From Chiloscyllium plagiosum (Eukaryota), in contig NC_057720.1 in the NCBI RefSeq assembly GCF_004010195.1, positions 30,744,831 to 30,808,830 on the forward strand: a stretch of DNA of 64,000 bases. The letters run 5' to 3'. Positions 22,436 through 36,040 of this stretch are shown here, in pieces. The position numbers were made by a program, and so were the translations under genes. Each line of letters opens with the position of its first letter. Position 1 is the first letter of the stretch. The notes under the pieces were generated by a model. That model was given only the letters and a program-made list of their open reading frames with translations. It did no database searches and was not told where the DNA came from.

Positions 22436-25062
22436 AAAAACGTACAAGTGTGGCTCAGCAGCAAACTGTTCACTTCCGATAAACAAATGCTGTATCCTCT
22501 ACGAGGTGCCAGATACAAATAGGCACTTGTTACAAAATACCAGGGGTGTTAACTCAAATGTAAAGTGGGGATAATTAAATATCACTGTAAACATTTCTAA
22601 CATACAGTACTGCTAAAATGAATGTGATGAATATTTCAACAAAGTGTTAAGAAGATGTAGGTATACACTGTACCTTTAAGAGAGACTGAAAGCTGGCATG
22701 ACCCACAGCAGCACAGAGTGTGCTGAAATAATTTAAAATTATATTGCAGGCAATTTTTGGAATGTGTGAAAAACTAATGATGAGCTGTACAACTCAAAAG
22801 ATGAAGTATTTTGACCTACACCCAACTTTTCACGAGTACCTGAGAACTAACGAGCTTAGTGCCAAATTATCAGAACTAAAGTAAAGAAATTTATTGGAAC
22901 CAAACTTAGTTTGTGGATTACATCTAGGTGTTGATTGAAAGTTCATTTACTGAGATATTGGTATGGTGCTGGCACTTCCACTGACTTACATGATAACTCT
23001 TGCAATGCAGTACAGTTAATTTTGCATTCATAGACAGTCTTACAAAAGCAAAATGAGAGCAAAACTTAACTAAAATAGGAACAGCTAGTAAAATAGTGTT
23101 GATCCATTACTGGAAGTGCTTACTAGTATTTTGAGCAACATGTGGAAATAGATAATAACAGTCATAAAGACTTATCTCTATCTAAATAAGGATAAACCTC
23201 ATTTCAACTGGCTACATTTAACATACTGCAAAGTAGGCCTGCAATAATAAAGCAATTCAATTATCTAAATTGGAATTAATTGTTGTAATACATTCAGCAA
23301 TGGTTTGCACCCAAGTCGATTAGTTCAACCAGCAGATGCTTTCAAAAGATCCATCATTGCTTTAATATATAAATTTGATTCGACAAAATTTGTTGTGATG
23401 TTTTAGCCATCTGTTCCACAACTTGTTTGTAAGAAAACATTGCTCAAATTTTTTATTCACTTATGATACCTTTCCAAATTCTGCATCTGACAGAAATCCA
23501 AAATCCCCACATCCAATAAAATATTTAACTTTTATCAAGTACTCCCGCAGCTGAAGGGATTAAGTTTCTAGTTCAATAAACTTTCCTCAACTCAGTCCTT
23601 CAGTTCAAGGTTCAATCCGTTGTCTTGCCAAATTTGTTCCATCAACTCTGAATCTTGCTTGTGACATGGAGAGCAAAACTTGAGGATATCAGATATGCTA
23701 CATCAAGAAGTTTCAAAATAAAACAACACTAGAAGTACATTCCATCATTTCATTCCTTTTTGTCACTTTTAACTAACAGTGCTTAAAATGTAGCCAACAA
23801 AATACTCAGATCCATTTTCTTATGTTATTCCCTGAAGATCACTATTTAATTAAATAGACTTCTTTAGTCTAATCTTATGACTTCATACTGCCTGTGTGCC
23901 ACATGTCAGCCTGCCACCCAGCTTACCCAGATCACTGTGCCAACAGGTTAATATCAGAGGCCACTGCGCTGAATCCAGTATTATTTGCATTAAATCTTGG
24001 GCAAAGTTCCACCCTCCAAGTAACTTTTAAAATTTATAAAACTCGGCATGAACTGAACTCCCAAGTTTTTTCTGCTAACATGTTTTCATTCTAAAGTCTC
24101 CCCATACACCTTTCAGGGACAATCTAGTAGAATAACTTTTCATCTATATTGTGATATATGTTATTAGATAAACAATACCTGCTTCATTCTTCCATAAACT
24201 CTATAATCTCCTAAAAAAAAATCAAATAAACTGCTCAAGATATCAACTGTCTGTCTGATCCTAGGCTGATTATGAAACATGTTTGTCCTTCCAAATTATT
24301 TCTGCCATTATGTATGACGATGAACACTGAAAAATATTGGTAATGCTTAGTCAATGTGTTCAAACAAGTGTCACTGCTCTTGAAAGAAACCTTTCAGAAT
24401 TTTCCAGAGCTTTGCTTCCCCTCAATTCCCTAAATCTCACCATTCAGCCCGGCAGTAGTGCAAAGAACAGGGGAATGGATAGCATTTTCAAAGAACTGCG
24501 ATGGCATAATTAGCTCAATTACCTCTTTCTGTGCTCAGTGTTTCTACTCTTTAGTAGTGTTACAAAACAGTTTCTAGTCGCCTCTATAAAACTTTCAAGG
24601 GTAAAAACAGTGAAAGCAAAAACTCAAGTCTGCCACAGCCCTCTTCTTAACATGACCAATGACTGCCTTGGCAAAAAAATCTATTGTTTTTTGCGTACCG
24701 CTTGCTTCCAGTTGATATAAAGACTTCTTAAATTATGCTTCATACCTCTTGCCTCTCAATCCATTTACTTGTTAACCGGTTTAATTTAACTATCCTGCTC
24801 CTTTCCTGCACGTGTCAGAATGTTTTGTACAACTGTTACTTAAGACCTTCCATGACTTCATTTTTCCTCTACTGCCGTATTTATTATACAAGGATAAACA
24901 ATTGGATGGCCTAAATATTTACAATACATTTACAGGTGTCCATTATCCTTCAGTTGTTTTGCAATCTGATTAAGTATATGAAAAAAGAATGGAGGGAGAG
25001 AAGAGTGACTGTAGTATGGGAGAGAAAAATGAGAAATTAGTGTTAATTGATGGAATGCTTAC

Positions 25063-25098
25063 CCGATTAACCAAATCTATGAGCCATCCATAAGGTTC
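25063..25098 (-). CDS. USP24: USP24 exon 6 (36-nt micro-exon)
   Basis: ttccag|EPYGWLIDLVNR|gtaagc; fills the expected EPxGWxxDLVN segment. Confidence 0.93.
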
Positions 25099-26494
25099 CT
25101 GGAAAGGAAAGATAAAAGTAAGCAAAAATTATTTTGTCAGCAATTATAATCAGCAAATCCACGTAACTATATGATTGAATGATAATGGCAATTTCCAGTC
25201 TCATGACTGATATCACTTAGAAGGTGAAGGTCAGGAGGCTCACGGGAACACCACAACCTAGAAGTTCCCCTCCAGTAGTCTCACTCTTGTGACTTAGCAT
25301 GACGTTATTTTCCTTTCCCTCACAAAGCCAAAGTTTTGGAACTTAGTCTTCACCGCGTTGTGGGAGATCCTTCATATTACACAAGCTTCAAAGAAGTGGC
25401 TCACCAGCTTCTCAAGGGCAATGAGGAATGATTGATAAATGCAGACCTTTTCAGCAATGCCTTTTCTCATGAATAATTGGATCAAAAGAGAATACTACAA
25501 CGAGCCAACTAGAAAATAAATATAGCCTCATCAGTGACTAAACAAACTTTGCCATTACTGTATTACAAGCTCAACTATAAAATTCTTTTCCCATATGCAG
25601 TTACCAAACTTGCTTAATTCCTTTATATACGGCATGTCGATATGGCACCAAAGGATCAAGTGCACAGTGAAAACTGCACAATACAAAACAATTTACCAAG
25701 TGACATCAGAAAAAAAAAAAAGAGGCCTATAAACCCCACCCACCACACATCCCTATAGAATTTGAGGGGCAGTATGACAAGAGGCAGCAGACAAGTTTTC
25801 ATAATTGTATAGTGTAGGAGAAGCAGAAAAAGGAGCAACTTCCTTCGATGGCTTACAAACATTAAAATATATGAAGTATGCAAAATCTAGACCAATGAAA
25901 TGATGGAACCTATCACCAATCTGGAAGAATGTTACCATGATATCTAGTGATTTGTGGTATGTATTTCATCTTTCTTGATGTTAATTTGAAATTGGAAGAA
26001 AGCCAAATAGATCTCCAGGCAGTCAGCAATAGCAATTCCATCAACCATTTAAGTAGTCAATCAAATTGAGTTATTCTGACAGCAACTCAGGAGGTAAATG
26101 CACCAATTATCTTACTTAAAACAAAACTGAAGAGTGGGAAATAAGGATGGATACAAATGCAAAGCAGACACTAAAAATGTTTTTATAAGTTATTATATTA
26201 AAAATTGGGGAATTATCATAAAGAAGAAACTTGACATCACATACAAATAACATTAGTTCAAACCTTATAATGGCAAAAAAAAAAATGACTATTAATAAAA
26301 CACAAGTTTTCCAGAACCAGAAAGGTTACTCAAAAATAATCATGAATTTGGTACAACACTAAAAATAAAGCACCTTATCAACAAAGCATAAGGTAAACGC
26401 ATGGAATAACATCTTCTACACCTTTCTGCTTTCACCTCAGGTCTGGTTTTGGATATATCTATATTGTTACTTTCTGAAAAATTAAGTGCAATTT

Positions 26495-27070
26495 GAGCAG
26501 AGGTGCAGATCATACTGCAATTATATAGAACCTTGGCAAGATCATAACTGAAGTAATGTGTACAGTTTTGGTCTCATTGCCCAAGAAAAGATATACTTGC
26601 CAAAGAGGAAATGTAACTGAGGTTTTCTAAACTAACTCCTGGGATGAAGGGACTGTCTTAGGAGCAAAAACTAAATAGACTGGTTCTATATTCTCTGGAA
26701 TTTAAAAGAATCAGTAGCATTCCCTTTCTAACTCTCTTTTTATGCAAGAATGAACATGCTATATACAGGAAGGACATTTCCCCTGGCTGGGAGATAAAGA
26801 ACCAGGGAACACAGATTCAGAAGAAGAGACAGGCCAATTTGAACTGAGATGTGAAGGAATGTCTTCACTCAGAGGTTATTGAAGCTTTGTAATTCTCTGC
26901 CTCAAAGGCTCTGAAATTGGGTAAGTTAAACATAAACAGACATACTGTATATCTTAAAAACATCAAGAAATGTGGGGATAGTGCAGGAAGATGTTGTTGA
27001 CATAAATGATCAACACAATAATGAAACCATGGAGTCGACCAAATGGCTAAATGGCCTACCATTATTTTAT
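26495..27070 (+). mobile_element. Old CR1-like 3' fragment
   Basis: tgtgtacagttttggtctc, ttcactcagaggttattg, ggctaaatggccta motifs. Confidence 0.65.
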
Positions 27071-27354
27071 TAACACTCTTACCAAAAGAAATAAGCCTTG
27101 GGAGTTTCCATGGAGAGAGGAGGGAGGGTGAGAGTGGAGAGAAGTGAGACAGGATTATACCAGACGCTCAGAATCATGCCATGGACTAATGGTCCTTTTC
27201 AGGTCAACTTTGGTCTTGCTTCCTCAACCACCTACTGACACAAAAATACCAGCTGCCCACTGCAAGGACAAAAATTTATTTCAACAGGGAAAGGTATGTA
27301 CACTCAAATATCTACTTTAAATAAACTCAAACTGAAATGGATTCCTATATTTTC

Positions 27355-27455
27355 AAAAACAAAAACAGAAATTGCTGGAAAAGCTCAGCAAGTCTGGCAG
27401 CATTGTGGACAGAAAGCAAAGTTAACATTTCAGGTCCAGCAACATTCCTCAGAAC
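27355..27455 (-). mobile_element. Penelope terminal-repeat fragment with degenerate hammerhead motif
   Basis: Minus strand CTGAGGA..GGACCT-GAAATGTTA followed by atgctgccagacttgctgag..ccagca, related to the fold-back arms. Confidence 0.55.
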
Positions 27456-27568
27456 TGCTATGTTTTATTTGCCATAACACTGCTGTTCAAAGGCATTCCT
27501 TTCTGTATCATACAGTGCCAGTCTGAGTAGACACAAGTATTTACCTCATGCCACACTATCTAACCCAC

Positions 27569-27691
27569 CTTTTGTAGATTGACTGGTGGTGAAATGGCAT
27601 ACATTTTGCCATCCCCAAAAACATCTGCCCAATTCCTTTGGCATACTTTCATTCGGTTCTTGAAATGGTACTCGGTCCCTGGATTGAAAGC
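27569..27691 (-). CDS. USP24: USP24 exon 5 (123 nt)
   Basis: ttacag|AFNPGTEYHFKNRMKVCQRNWADVFGDGKMYAISPPVNLQK|gtgggt. Confidence 0.94.
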
Positions 27692-28319
27692 CTGTAAACC
27701 CAAACAAAATGATTAATATTTTATACAATGTATGAACTACCAGTCATTTAAAATTATAAGGCTCTGTCATGTTAAACTAGCAAACTGTGTAAACATTTAA
27801 TCCTAAAGCTGAAAAAAATGCTCTCTGAAGCCTTGACTTACTTCATTCCTTCAATAGTACTAAGCAGGTGTAATTTGCTGCACAGGTTTTCGTCTATATG
27901 CTTTTCAAACTGAAAAGTGGAACATCTGGGTGGGAGCAATCTAACTCTGATATTCCTTCTACTTAGTAAATCAATTTTTTGCTGCAGACAGTCATAGCAA
28001 AAATAAAAGAATTATCCAGATCCTCAAAATTTTACAGCTAGCAGTTAAATGCTGCTGGTTGAACTTTGAGGAAATACTAATGGAAGTAGTTTTAATGTGC
28101 TACTCCCACAGACATAGAACCTTGGGTCAATTGTGTTTAGTTATGTGTGTGACTAAAATAACTGTAGCACAGGAGGCCACTAAGTTCCATATTGTACCCT
28201 TCACCAATACCCTGCAAGTTTTTCTTCAGACACTTATAGGTACTCTTTTGAAAGCCCAATGGCATCATTCTCTACCACATGCAGACTGCATTCGGGATCT
28301 TAACTACTCGCTATAGACT

Positions 28320-29560
28320 CAGATGTTTATGGCATATGAAGAAGCCATTCACCCATTATGTCCTTACCAGTCATGTAAAAGATTTGATTACATTAATTCC
28401 AATTTTAACTTTTGATGCATAGCCCTGGAGGCTATGGCAACACAAGCAAGTGAACATTTAAATAATACTCAATTGTTACAAGTTTCTGACTTAGTTACAC
28501 TTTCAGATAGTGAATTCCAGACTCTCATCACCCTCTGGGTGAAAAAACTCCCTCAACTCTCCTCTTAGCTCACTATTTCCCACTTTAAATCCATTCCTCC
28601 AATTAATGACCCCTCTACAAATGAAAAAGGTGCCTTCTCATCTATCTTATTTATGTTTCTCAATTTCATCCACCTCTATAATGTCTCCTCTCAAACTTCA
28701 CTGCATCAACCTAGCCAATATTTCCTTATGGCTCAGATCCTCCAGCCCAAACAACAACCAGGTAATTTTCCTCTGTACTCGGTCTCGTGTCATCATGTCT
28801 TTCCTGCCCCAGTTGCAGTACAACCAGTATTTCAAACAGTTGCAGCATAACTTCCCTGTTCTAATATTCTATGCCTTGGCTAATAAAGGCAAGTATTTCA
28901 TATGCTTTCTTAACCACCTTCCCTTCTACCTTGAGTTAGATATATGCACTAAGGTCCCTCTGATCTTCAGTATTGTCCAGGATTCTACCATTCGTAGTGT
29001 AATCTCTGACCTTGTTAGCCCTCTCTCTTCCATGTTTAATTCCATAATGTTAAAAAAAGCGATGTCACTGATGGTTGTTTTGTCAATAATCTTAAATGAG
29101 CATCATGAGATTCACTGTTCTTCCACCAATGGGAACTGTTTCTCTCCAGATCAAATCTCTTTTCAACCTTCTCTTTTCTAAAGACATCAAAATCAGCTTC
29201 TCCAATTTTCTCACATAACTTAAGGTCCTCACCGCAGGAAACATTTCCATAAATATCTTCTGTATCTTCTATAGCCTAACAAATTATTCATGATTACTGC
29301 TGTTCAGAATTGTAGAAGAAACCCCAGCTGAGGCCGAACCAGACATTATAATTGTTCATTATTGTTTATTTGTTTTTGTACCCTGTGCCTCTATTTGTAA
29401 AGTCCAGGATCCCATATGTTGTCTTAACTATGGTCTCAACTAATTTGTCTCTTTCAACAAGTTGTGAATAATAATCTCCAGAATTATGCCCTTCATTTTA
29501 TATTGTCTCTTCTAGCTCTTCACATCAAAACATTGCACTTCAGTTTTTTAAATTAATTCT
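28320..29560 (-). mobile_element. Old CR1-like fragments
   Basis: caccctctgggtgaaaaaa, ttccagactc and related reverse-complement CR1 3' motifs. Confidence 0.6.
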
Positions 29561-29629
29561 CACGTGCACTTTGCTTTCAAAGCAAACTCCCTTATTTTGG
29601 AGACGAGCTGCTTTCATACGCCTTTACAA

Positions 29630-30890
29630 TTATTGCTCATAGGGACAACCACACTGCTGTAAGGAAGGAATGTAATCTTGCACCAAAGACAGTGAAGGAG
29701 TGATAACATATCCAAGTGAATTTGCTGAGAGACTTTGAGGGAAAAATTGTGGATGGTGGCGTTCCTAAGTATCTGCTACCTTTGTCTTTCCAGGTAATGA
29801 AGGTGCTGTTGGAGGAGGTTGGTGAGTTACTTGTCGATGGTATACTTGTGCATCAGTGGTGGAGGGAGTAAATGTTAAGGGTGGAAGAGGAGATGCCAGT
29901 TTAACTCATTCAAGTGTCGAGAATACCATTATACTTCTGAGTGTGTCTTGGAAATGGTGGGCATGTACTGGGGAGACAAAAAAATGAGCTAGTTACCACA
30001 GAATTCCTAGCCGATGATCTGCTTATGTAGCCACTACATATATAAGTGCGTGTGTATATAATATATTGCTGGCCCAGTTCTGCTACTGGTAAATAGTAGC
30101 TCAGTATGTTTATAGTAAGAGATTTAGCAATGTCATTTAATGTCTAGGCGAGATGGTTAAATTGTCTCTTGTTAGAGATAGATAGTTATTGCCTGGCACC
30201 ATGGCGCAAATGTTATTTGTCACTTATCAGCCCAATCTTGGCTGTTGTTCAGATCTTTCTGCACATGGACATGGACTACTTCAGCATCTGAAGTGTTGTA
30301 AATATTGAAAATTGTGTAACTTTATGTGAACATCCCCACTTGTAACCTTATGATAGAAAGAAGGCCATTGATGAAACAGTTGAAGATATTTGGGTTTAGA
30401 ACACAACCCTGAGGAACTCTGGGGGCTGAGATGACTGACCTCTAGCTCTTTTGTTCATGTTTGTAACACAATTGTAATGAGGTCAGGAGAAGTGACCCTG
30501 GTGGAACCCAAACTAAGCATCAGTAAGGTTATTCCTTTTGGAGTGTTGCTGAACAGTACTATTGACAATCACTTCCATCAATTTTAAAATAATCAGTATT
30601 GATTGGATTTGTCCTGATGTGTGTACAGGACCTATCTAGGCAATTTTCCACATTGTCAGGTAGATGCCAGTGCTGTAGCTGTAATGGAACTGCTTGGTTA
30701 GGGCACATCAAGAACTGGAAGGCATATTTTCAGTACTACTGCTAGAATGTTGTCAAGATCCACAGTATCCAGTGCAGTTTCCATAATATCAAGGCAGACT
30801 CCAGTGCCTTCAGCTTTCCTTGATGTCATGTGAAGTTAATTAAATTGACTGAAGAACAATAATGTATGGGGAGCTCAGGAGGGAGCCATG
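29630..30890 (-). mobile_element. Degenerate L2-like LINE
   Basis: Reverse complement of the motifs in 20.8-22.4 kb (aattttccacattgtcaggtagatgccagtgctgtagc; acaaccctgaggaactc). Confidence 0.65.
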
Positions 30891-31438
30891 TCTAAGTACT
30901 ACAGCATAACACAAGATATTAAGATCAAGAGATTCAGCTTTTCGTGCTATTAATCATGAAATCTAGCACAATAACATATATGAAAAGAAATTGAAGTTTA
31001 GATTTTCACTCCAATACACTTAGATATTACCAAATGTAAATCTTACATGAGCAAAGATCATTAGACAGTGCTTTTTAAAATGGAATTTAGTCAGTGCCTG
31101 TTTTACCACCAGTGGCTAATTACAAACAACTGAAAATGACTTTTTAAAAAGTATATTAGAAGCAATTATACAGATGAAAGATAGTCAGTTTTTTAGTAAA
31201 TTAAACACAATTTAAAAGCTTTTAATGAAAGTCTATTAGCATCCTAGCATATCCAGTTTAAGAGTTTCTAATGTTATATTTTTGCACAAAAGATGGAGGG
31301 GCTTGATTTGTACTGGACATAATTAGCACTTGAAATTCGCAACATTTCATGGTTTAGCAACTTGACAAAAGCTACAGCAACCTAGCAGAAAAATACTCAA
31401 AGCACTTATGCGTTGCAATGCTACAGTCATCTTCATAC

Positions 31439-31582
31439 CATGGTGAGCACTCCCATAAGACCAATGGGAATTGGGTCCTGTTTGACTCGCTCTGCAACCA
31501 GATCTACTAAAAGCATCACCATATTGTATATTCCTTCATGGATTTCTGCACCCCATTTGTGGACAGCACTCGATGTTAATAA
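31439..31582 (-). CDS. USP24: USP24 exon 4 (144 nt)
   Basis: caacag|LLTSSAVHKWGAEIHEGIYNMVMLLVDLVAERVKQDPIPIGLMGVLTM|gtatga. Confidence 0.95.
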
Positions 31583-31829
31583 CTGTTGAAAAGACAACAC
31601 AACAATAGTGTAATTACTTTCCCTGGATGTTTAGCTGTTGAGAACAATAAAAACATTAAGCAACAAGTAATATATGAAACATTTCCAAATCCAATGTTAT
31701 CATCCAAAACAGATTTTCTCATAAGTTTAACCTTTCAAATATTTGGACACAATTTTCTCTGATTTATATCACTGAACATCGGTTTCAAAGTACTTGCAAA
31801 GTACTTTATTAGCCTTTACTTGTAGCATG

Positions 31830-32016
31830 CAAAGGATGTGCACCACTAGGTGTCAAAGATATGCAGGCTAGGTGGATTAGCTATGGGAAATGCAAAGGTA
31901 CAGGGATTGGTGGGGGGGGGGGGAGAGATTCTGGGTGGGTCAGTGGTGACCCTTCTTTGGAGGGTCAGCGTGGACTCAATGGCCTGCTTCCACACAGTGG
32001 GGATTCTATGATTCTA
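31830..32016 (+). mobile_element. V-SINE 3' half
   Basis: caaagatatgcaggctaggtggattagc..ggcctgcttccacacagtggggattctatgattct. Confidence 0.7.
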
Positions 32017-32158
32017 GGTTTGCTTTGACCTCACCCTGAAAACACTCTTACTAAGCACATGAAAAAGATCAATTAGACTTTCAAAATATTGTTCAATCCT
32101 AGAAATTAGAATTCAGAATCAATTTTGTTCTTTGCTAATGTGAAAGTGGGTCTTTTAC

Positions 32159-32226
32159 CTTTTTAAATGCTTCTGGCATACATCGATCTGTAAACCTTTT
32201 GCAATTTTCATCAGCATCTGCAAGAC
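32159..32226 (-). CDS. USP24: USP24 exon 3 (68 nt)
   Basis: ttttag|(G)LADADENCKRFTDRCMPEAFKK|gtaaaa; restores phase 0. Confidence 0.95.
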
Positions 32227-33042
32227 CTAAAATGATTAGACACAGAAGTCAGATACAAAAAAAAAGACAAAAACGCCCGAGCACCAGAACTGGTCACTCG
32301 GGCAGGAGCAATTACTGGAATTTCTCAGCAGCCTGATTGCTTTAAAATCTAACTTGTACCATTTCAAGGAAAGCAAAGGAAAAATATTCAGATACTAAAT
32401 GTAACAAGTTTCTCAACCACACCCCATTTCAGTCACAAGTAAATGGTATGTTTCTGATCTGCAGACATTCTGTAATTAGTTAAATGCACAAACCTCAGGG
32501 TGATTTCACTGATTTTTTAAATAAAGAGTATTCTATATTTTAATTAAATGAACTGCTTTGAAACATTCTTCAGTCCAAAGACATTTCATGTTCACCAGGT
32601 TATCTGGGGTTAACCTGGTAACTCAGCAATTCACTCATCTATATAGAAGGACAGAGCATATTAAGAAAGCATGTGGGATACTTATCCTTGAACACACACA
32701 TTTGTTAAAGTAGGAAGATGTCTAAGTTACTCTCAACACCATGGGTACCACCATGCCCATCACCTCTCATTCCCAGTGTATTCAAATAGCCAGAGTCTGG
32801 GTGTGCAAGAGTGAAACTCAATAAAACAGCCATTTCTCTTTAATTCCACAATTTGTTCAGCTTTCAACAACATGAAAGTTATCTGCATATTGACTGATAC
32901 AATAAGCAAAACATGCCCTCTTTACTGAATTCTAATTTTCCATCAGATTTGGTTTGTGATTGCATTCATATTATGTCTGATTTACTCATAGGGGTGGTAG
33001 GCAGGCTGCTGTAATTTGTCTTTGAATCCTTGTAGCACTTAC

Positions 33043-33208
33043 CAAGCCGTGCCAGGTATGTGGATGCGATCAGGCACTTGCCCAATGATTCTTCACGTTT
33101 ATAAGGGATGGACCAGTGATCTGTAAACACTCGACTTTCCAATTCATAAAGATTTGTGGTGGGAAATTCAATGCTTCCTGAGCAGTTTCCATTCTCATCA
33201 TTGCTCCT
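33043..33208 (-). CDS. USP24: USP24 exon 2 (166 nt)
   Basis: ttgcag|RSNDENGNCSGSIEFPTTNLYELESRVFTDHWSIPYKREESLGKCLIASTYLARL G|gtaagt; phase 0 to 1. Confidence 0.95.
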
Positions 33209-33687
33209 CTGCAACAAAAGAAATCTGAATTAACACAAATTAACCCCTTAAGATGACCATTCTCTGAATTTTCCTAGACTCATTATTGAAACTACGTAAC
33301 AGTTATTCTCATCTTCCCCTAAACTCACTATAGAAACATATACTGTTAAAGAATAAATTAGTCTTTAGTTTCATTTCAGTATTGCTGAAGAAAGGACATT
33401 TTGTCAAAGCTTTTCATCTTTCACTTATCAGTACATTCACAAGAATACCAATGGAGAGGGGGACAAAAATGTTTTACTGTATGGGAACACTGAGTTGTTG
33501 ATCAGTGGACCATATTGGTGAAGGCCTTTGCCATAGAAAATAGACACGCTAGATGACTGGCAGTTAACTGCAAAATTCATTTAAAACTAAACCATGCAGG
33601 CTGACTCTGATTGGCCATGACATTGCCCAAGGAATAAATCAGAGAAAGGCTGTTGTTAGTATTGTTGAAATAGACACATTGTACACA

Positions 33688-33908
33688 GGGAGTTTTGAGA
33701 AGATTTGTAGCTCAGGTTGAGGTTCGGGATGTAGGTTTGCTCACTGAGCTGGAAGGCTCATTTTCCGACATTTCATCACCATGCTAGGTAACATCTTCAG
33801 TGAGCCTCTGGACGAAACCTTTGTCTGGAGGCTCACTGAAGATGTTACCTAGCATGGTGACGAAACATCTGAAAATGAAACTCCAGCTCAGCAAGCAAAC
33901 CTACATCC
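33688..33908. mobile_element. Fold-back Penelope-derived element with two opposed hammerhead motifs
   Basis: ~85-bp imperfect arms 33727-33813/33823-33908, 39-nt tail, TSD cacattgtac(a/t)ca at 33675-87/33908-20. Confidence 0.8.
33836..33869 (+). ncRNA. Minimal hammerhead ribozyme motif (slightly decayed)
   Basis: CUGAAGA-U-GUUACC-UAGCAU-GGUGAC-GAAAC-AUC; mirror copy on minus strand 33767-33800. Confidence 0.55.
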
Positions 33909-33929
33909 ACATTGTACTCACTTTGCCCC

Positions 33930-34260
33930 TTCTTTATTAATATGCATCTTCCAAAATGCACAAGTGCACCAGACTGTGAGCTGACTGAATCTTGGTAGAA
34001 TCAATGTGAAACTGAATTTTAGTGAAACTCCTAGCCCCCTCAGGATTATTTAGCAAATGCTGCTCAATTGCAAAATCACTACTAATGTTGGACAATGTTT
34101 TGAGTTTTGCAAACACAGGCTGTTTGGATACAGTTAGCACCTTGCTGAACATACTGCTTCAAATGTTCCACCAATCTTTAGCAGCTTTAACCTTCATTCA
34201 TAGCCGTATACCTACAATGAAATTCACATACCACTTTATTCATTTTTTTGGAAAGTAGAA
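33930..34260 (-). mobile_element. Degenerate Penelope-like endonuclease C-terminal fragment
   Basis: ORF 33937-34152 SDFAIEQHLLNNPEGARSF..HLCILEDAY resembles the PLE SAIxxHL..LE motif. Confidence 0.55.
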
Positions 34261-34587
34261 TGACTTTTTGGCTTGATGGCAGGATCCAGTTAGTTAGTGA
34301 TGAACACCACCCATATTACTCATGCATAGTAGCAGAATGAAACCACTAGATTTATCTGTTACTCAGAGTTCCGAAGTACTTACCTATCCAGGGCTATCAG
34401 AGTTAAACCAGGGAATTTTTAAGACTGAACGAGGGGCCTCAAGTCCAATTTGTGTGGTGTGCAGCAAGACGTGATCGGATCAGATTTACAATTATCGCTC
34501 AGAATACCTTCAATGTATCCTATCTGAGCATGAAGCATTCACTGCAAGCAAATGGTTTGGACTCTAATTATCTGCTTGCTTATAAGG

Positions 34588-34736
34588 TAAAAACAATGAC
34601 TGCAGATGCTGGAAGCCAGATTCTGGATTAGTGGTGCTGGAAGAGCACAGCAGTTCAGGCAGCATCCAAGGATCGCTGCTCCTTGGATGCTGCCTGAACT
34701 GCTGTGCTCTTCCAGCACCACTAATCCAGAAGATGT
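34588..34736 (-). mobile_element. Fold-back Penelope-derived element with perfect 52-bp arms
   Basis: Arms 34621-34672/34680-34731 are exact reverse complements, 7-nt loop, 33-nt tail, TSD ttgcttataagg at 34576-87/34737-48. Confidence 0.85.
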
Positions 34737-35464
34737 TTGCTTATAAGGCCAATCTTAAAATTAGTGGAATTGGGGTAATCACAATTTATATAGTGACCAA
34801 TGAAGGTAGGCTTGTGATAACCAGTAATAGGCAGATTTCTCAACTTGTTGCATTTCCACACAGAAAGAACACATAGACACATCATGTCTATTTTACATAA
34901 ACAAGATTAGCAACAGCCATTCTGGCTCATTTCTCAGGACAATGTTGTGACTAGAGTCAACTGTTGCCTTCTGGAACTTCTGTAGTCTATGTACTGTATG
35001 TAGAGCCAGAGTACCATGAGGGAAGGAATTCCAGGATATTAACCCAGTTACATGAAAGAACTGTCAGTCATCATAGCATTCTCCATAGTAATACCTCCAT
35101 CGCAGCCCATGTGCCAACCACCCAAGACACTTCCCATCCAGTAAAAATGTTGCTCCCCTTTATGTTGGTGTTCTTATCAATCTCCTGAGTTGAAAAACTT
35201 CAACAAAGTTGTCCTTTCATCGTTAAGTTCTGTACTATCAAATAACAACTTGCATACCTGTTGCAGTTTACATAATTAATGTAAACACTAACTGCACTCT
35301 CGCTAACTCAGGATTACTTTTGTACTCAAAATAGTTAGAAAATTACGATAAGATAAACCAGCATGCTTAGTATTATACTTCAAATTTCCATGCACTACAG
35401 ATTAGACAGCAAATTTACAGTGGACTATTTAGGGCATTTCTCAACAAACTTAGGAGGACATATT

Positions 35465-36040
35465 TCTGAGGCTCTAGTCAGGCCATATTTGGAGTACCGT
35501 GCACAGTTTTGGGCCCTATATCTGAGGGAAGATGCACTGGCCCTGGAGCATGTTCAGAGGAGGTTCACAAGAATGGCCCCACGAACAAAAAGCTGAACAT
35601 ATGAGGAACGTCTGAGGACTCAGGGTTTACACTCAATGGAGTTGAGAAGGATGAGGAGGGATCTAGTTGAAACATGTAGAATACTGAACGGCCTGGACAT
35701 AGTGGATGTTGGGAAGATGTTTCCATTGGTTGGAGAGACGAGAACCTGAGGGCATAGCCTTAGAGTAAAGGGAAGCCCTTTTACAACAGAGATAAGGAGA
35801 ACTTCTTCAGCTAGAGAGTGGTGAATCTATGGAATTCACTGCGACTGAAGGCTGTGGAGACCAGGTCATTGAGTGTATTTAAGACTGAGATAGATAGGTT
35901 CTTGATTGTCAAGGGGATCAAGGGTTATGGGGAGAAAGCAGGAGAATGGGGATGAGAAACTTACCAGCCATGATTGAATGGCAGAGCAGATTCGATAGGC
36001 TGAATGGCCTAATTTCTGCCCCTATGTATAATGGTCTAGA
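35465..36040 (+). mobile_element. CR1-like LINE 3' end
   Basis: ALVRPYLEYRAQFWALYLREDALALEHVQRRFTRM plus 3' tail. Confidence 0.85.

Noticed and set aside
22655..22960. Solo LTR candidates (also ~41350-41720, ~51190-51715)
   Set aside because: Only vague LTR-like composition; TG..CA ends and TSDs could not be established
28606..29181. 191-aa plus-strand ORF
   Set aside because: Antisense reading of decayed CR1 sequence; no recognisable protein features
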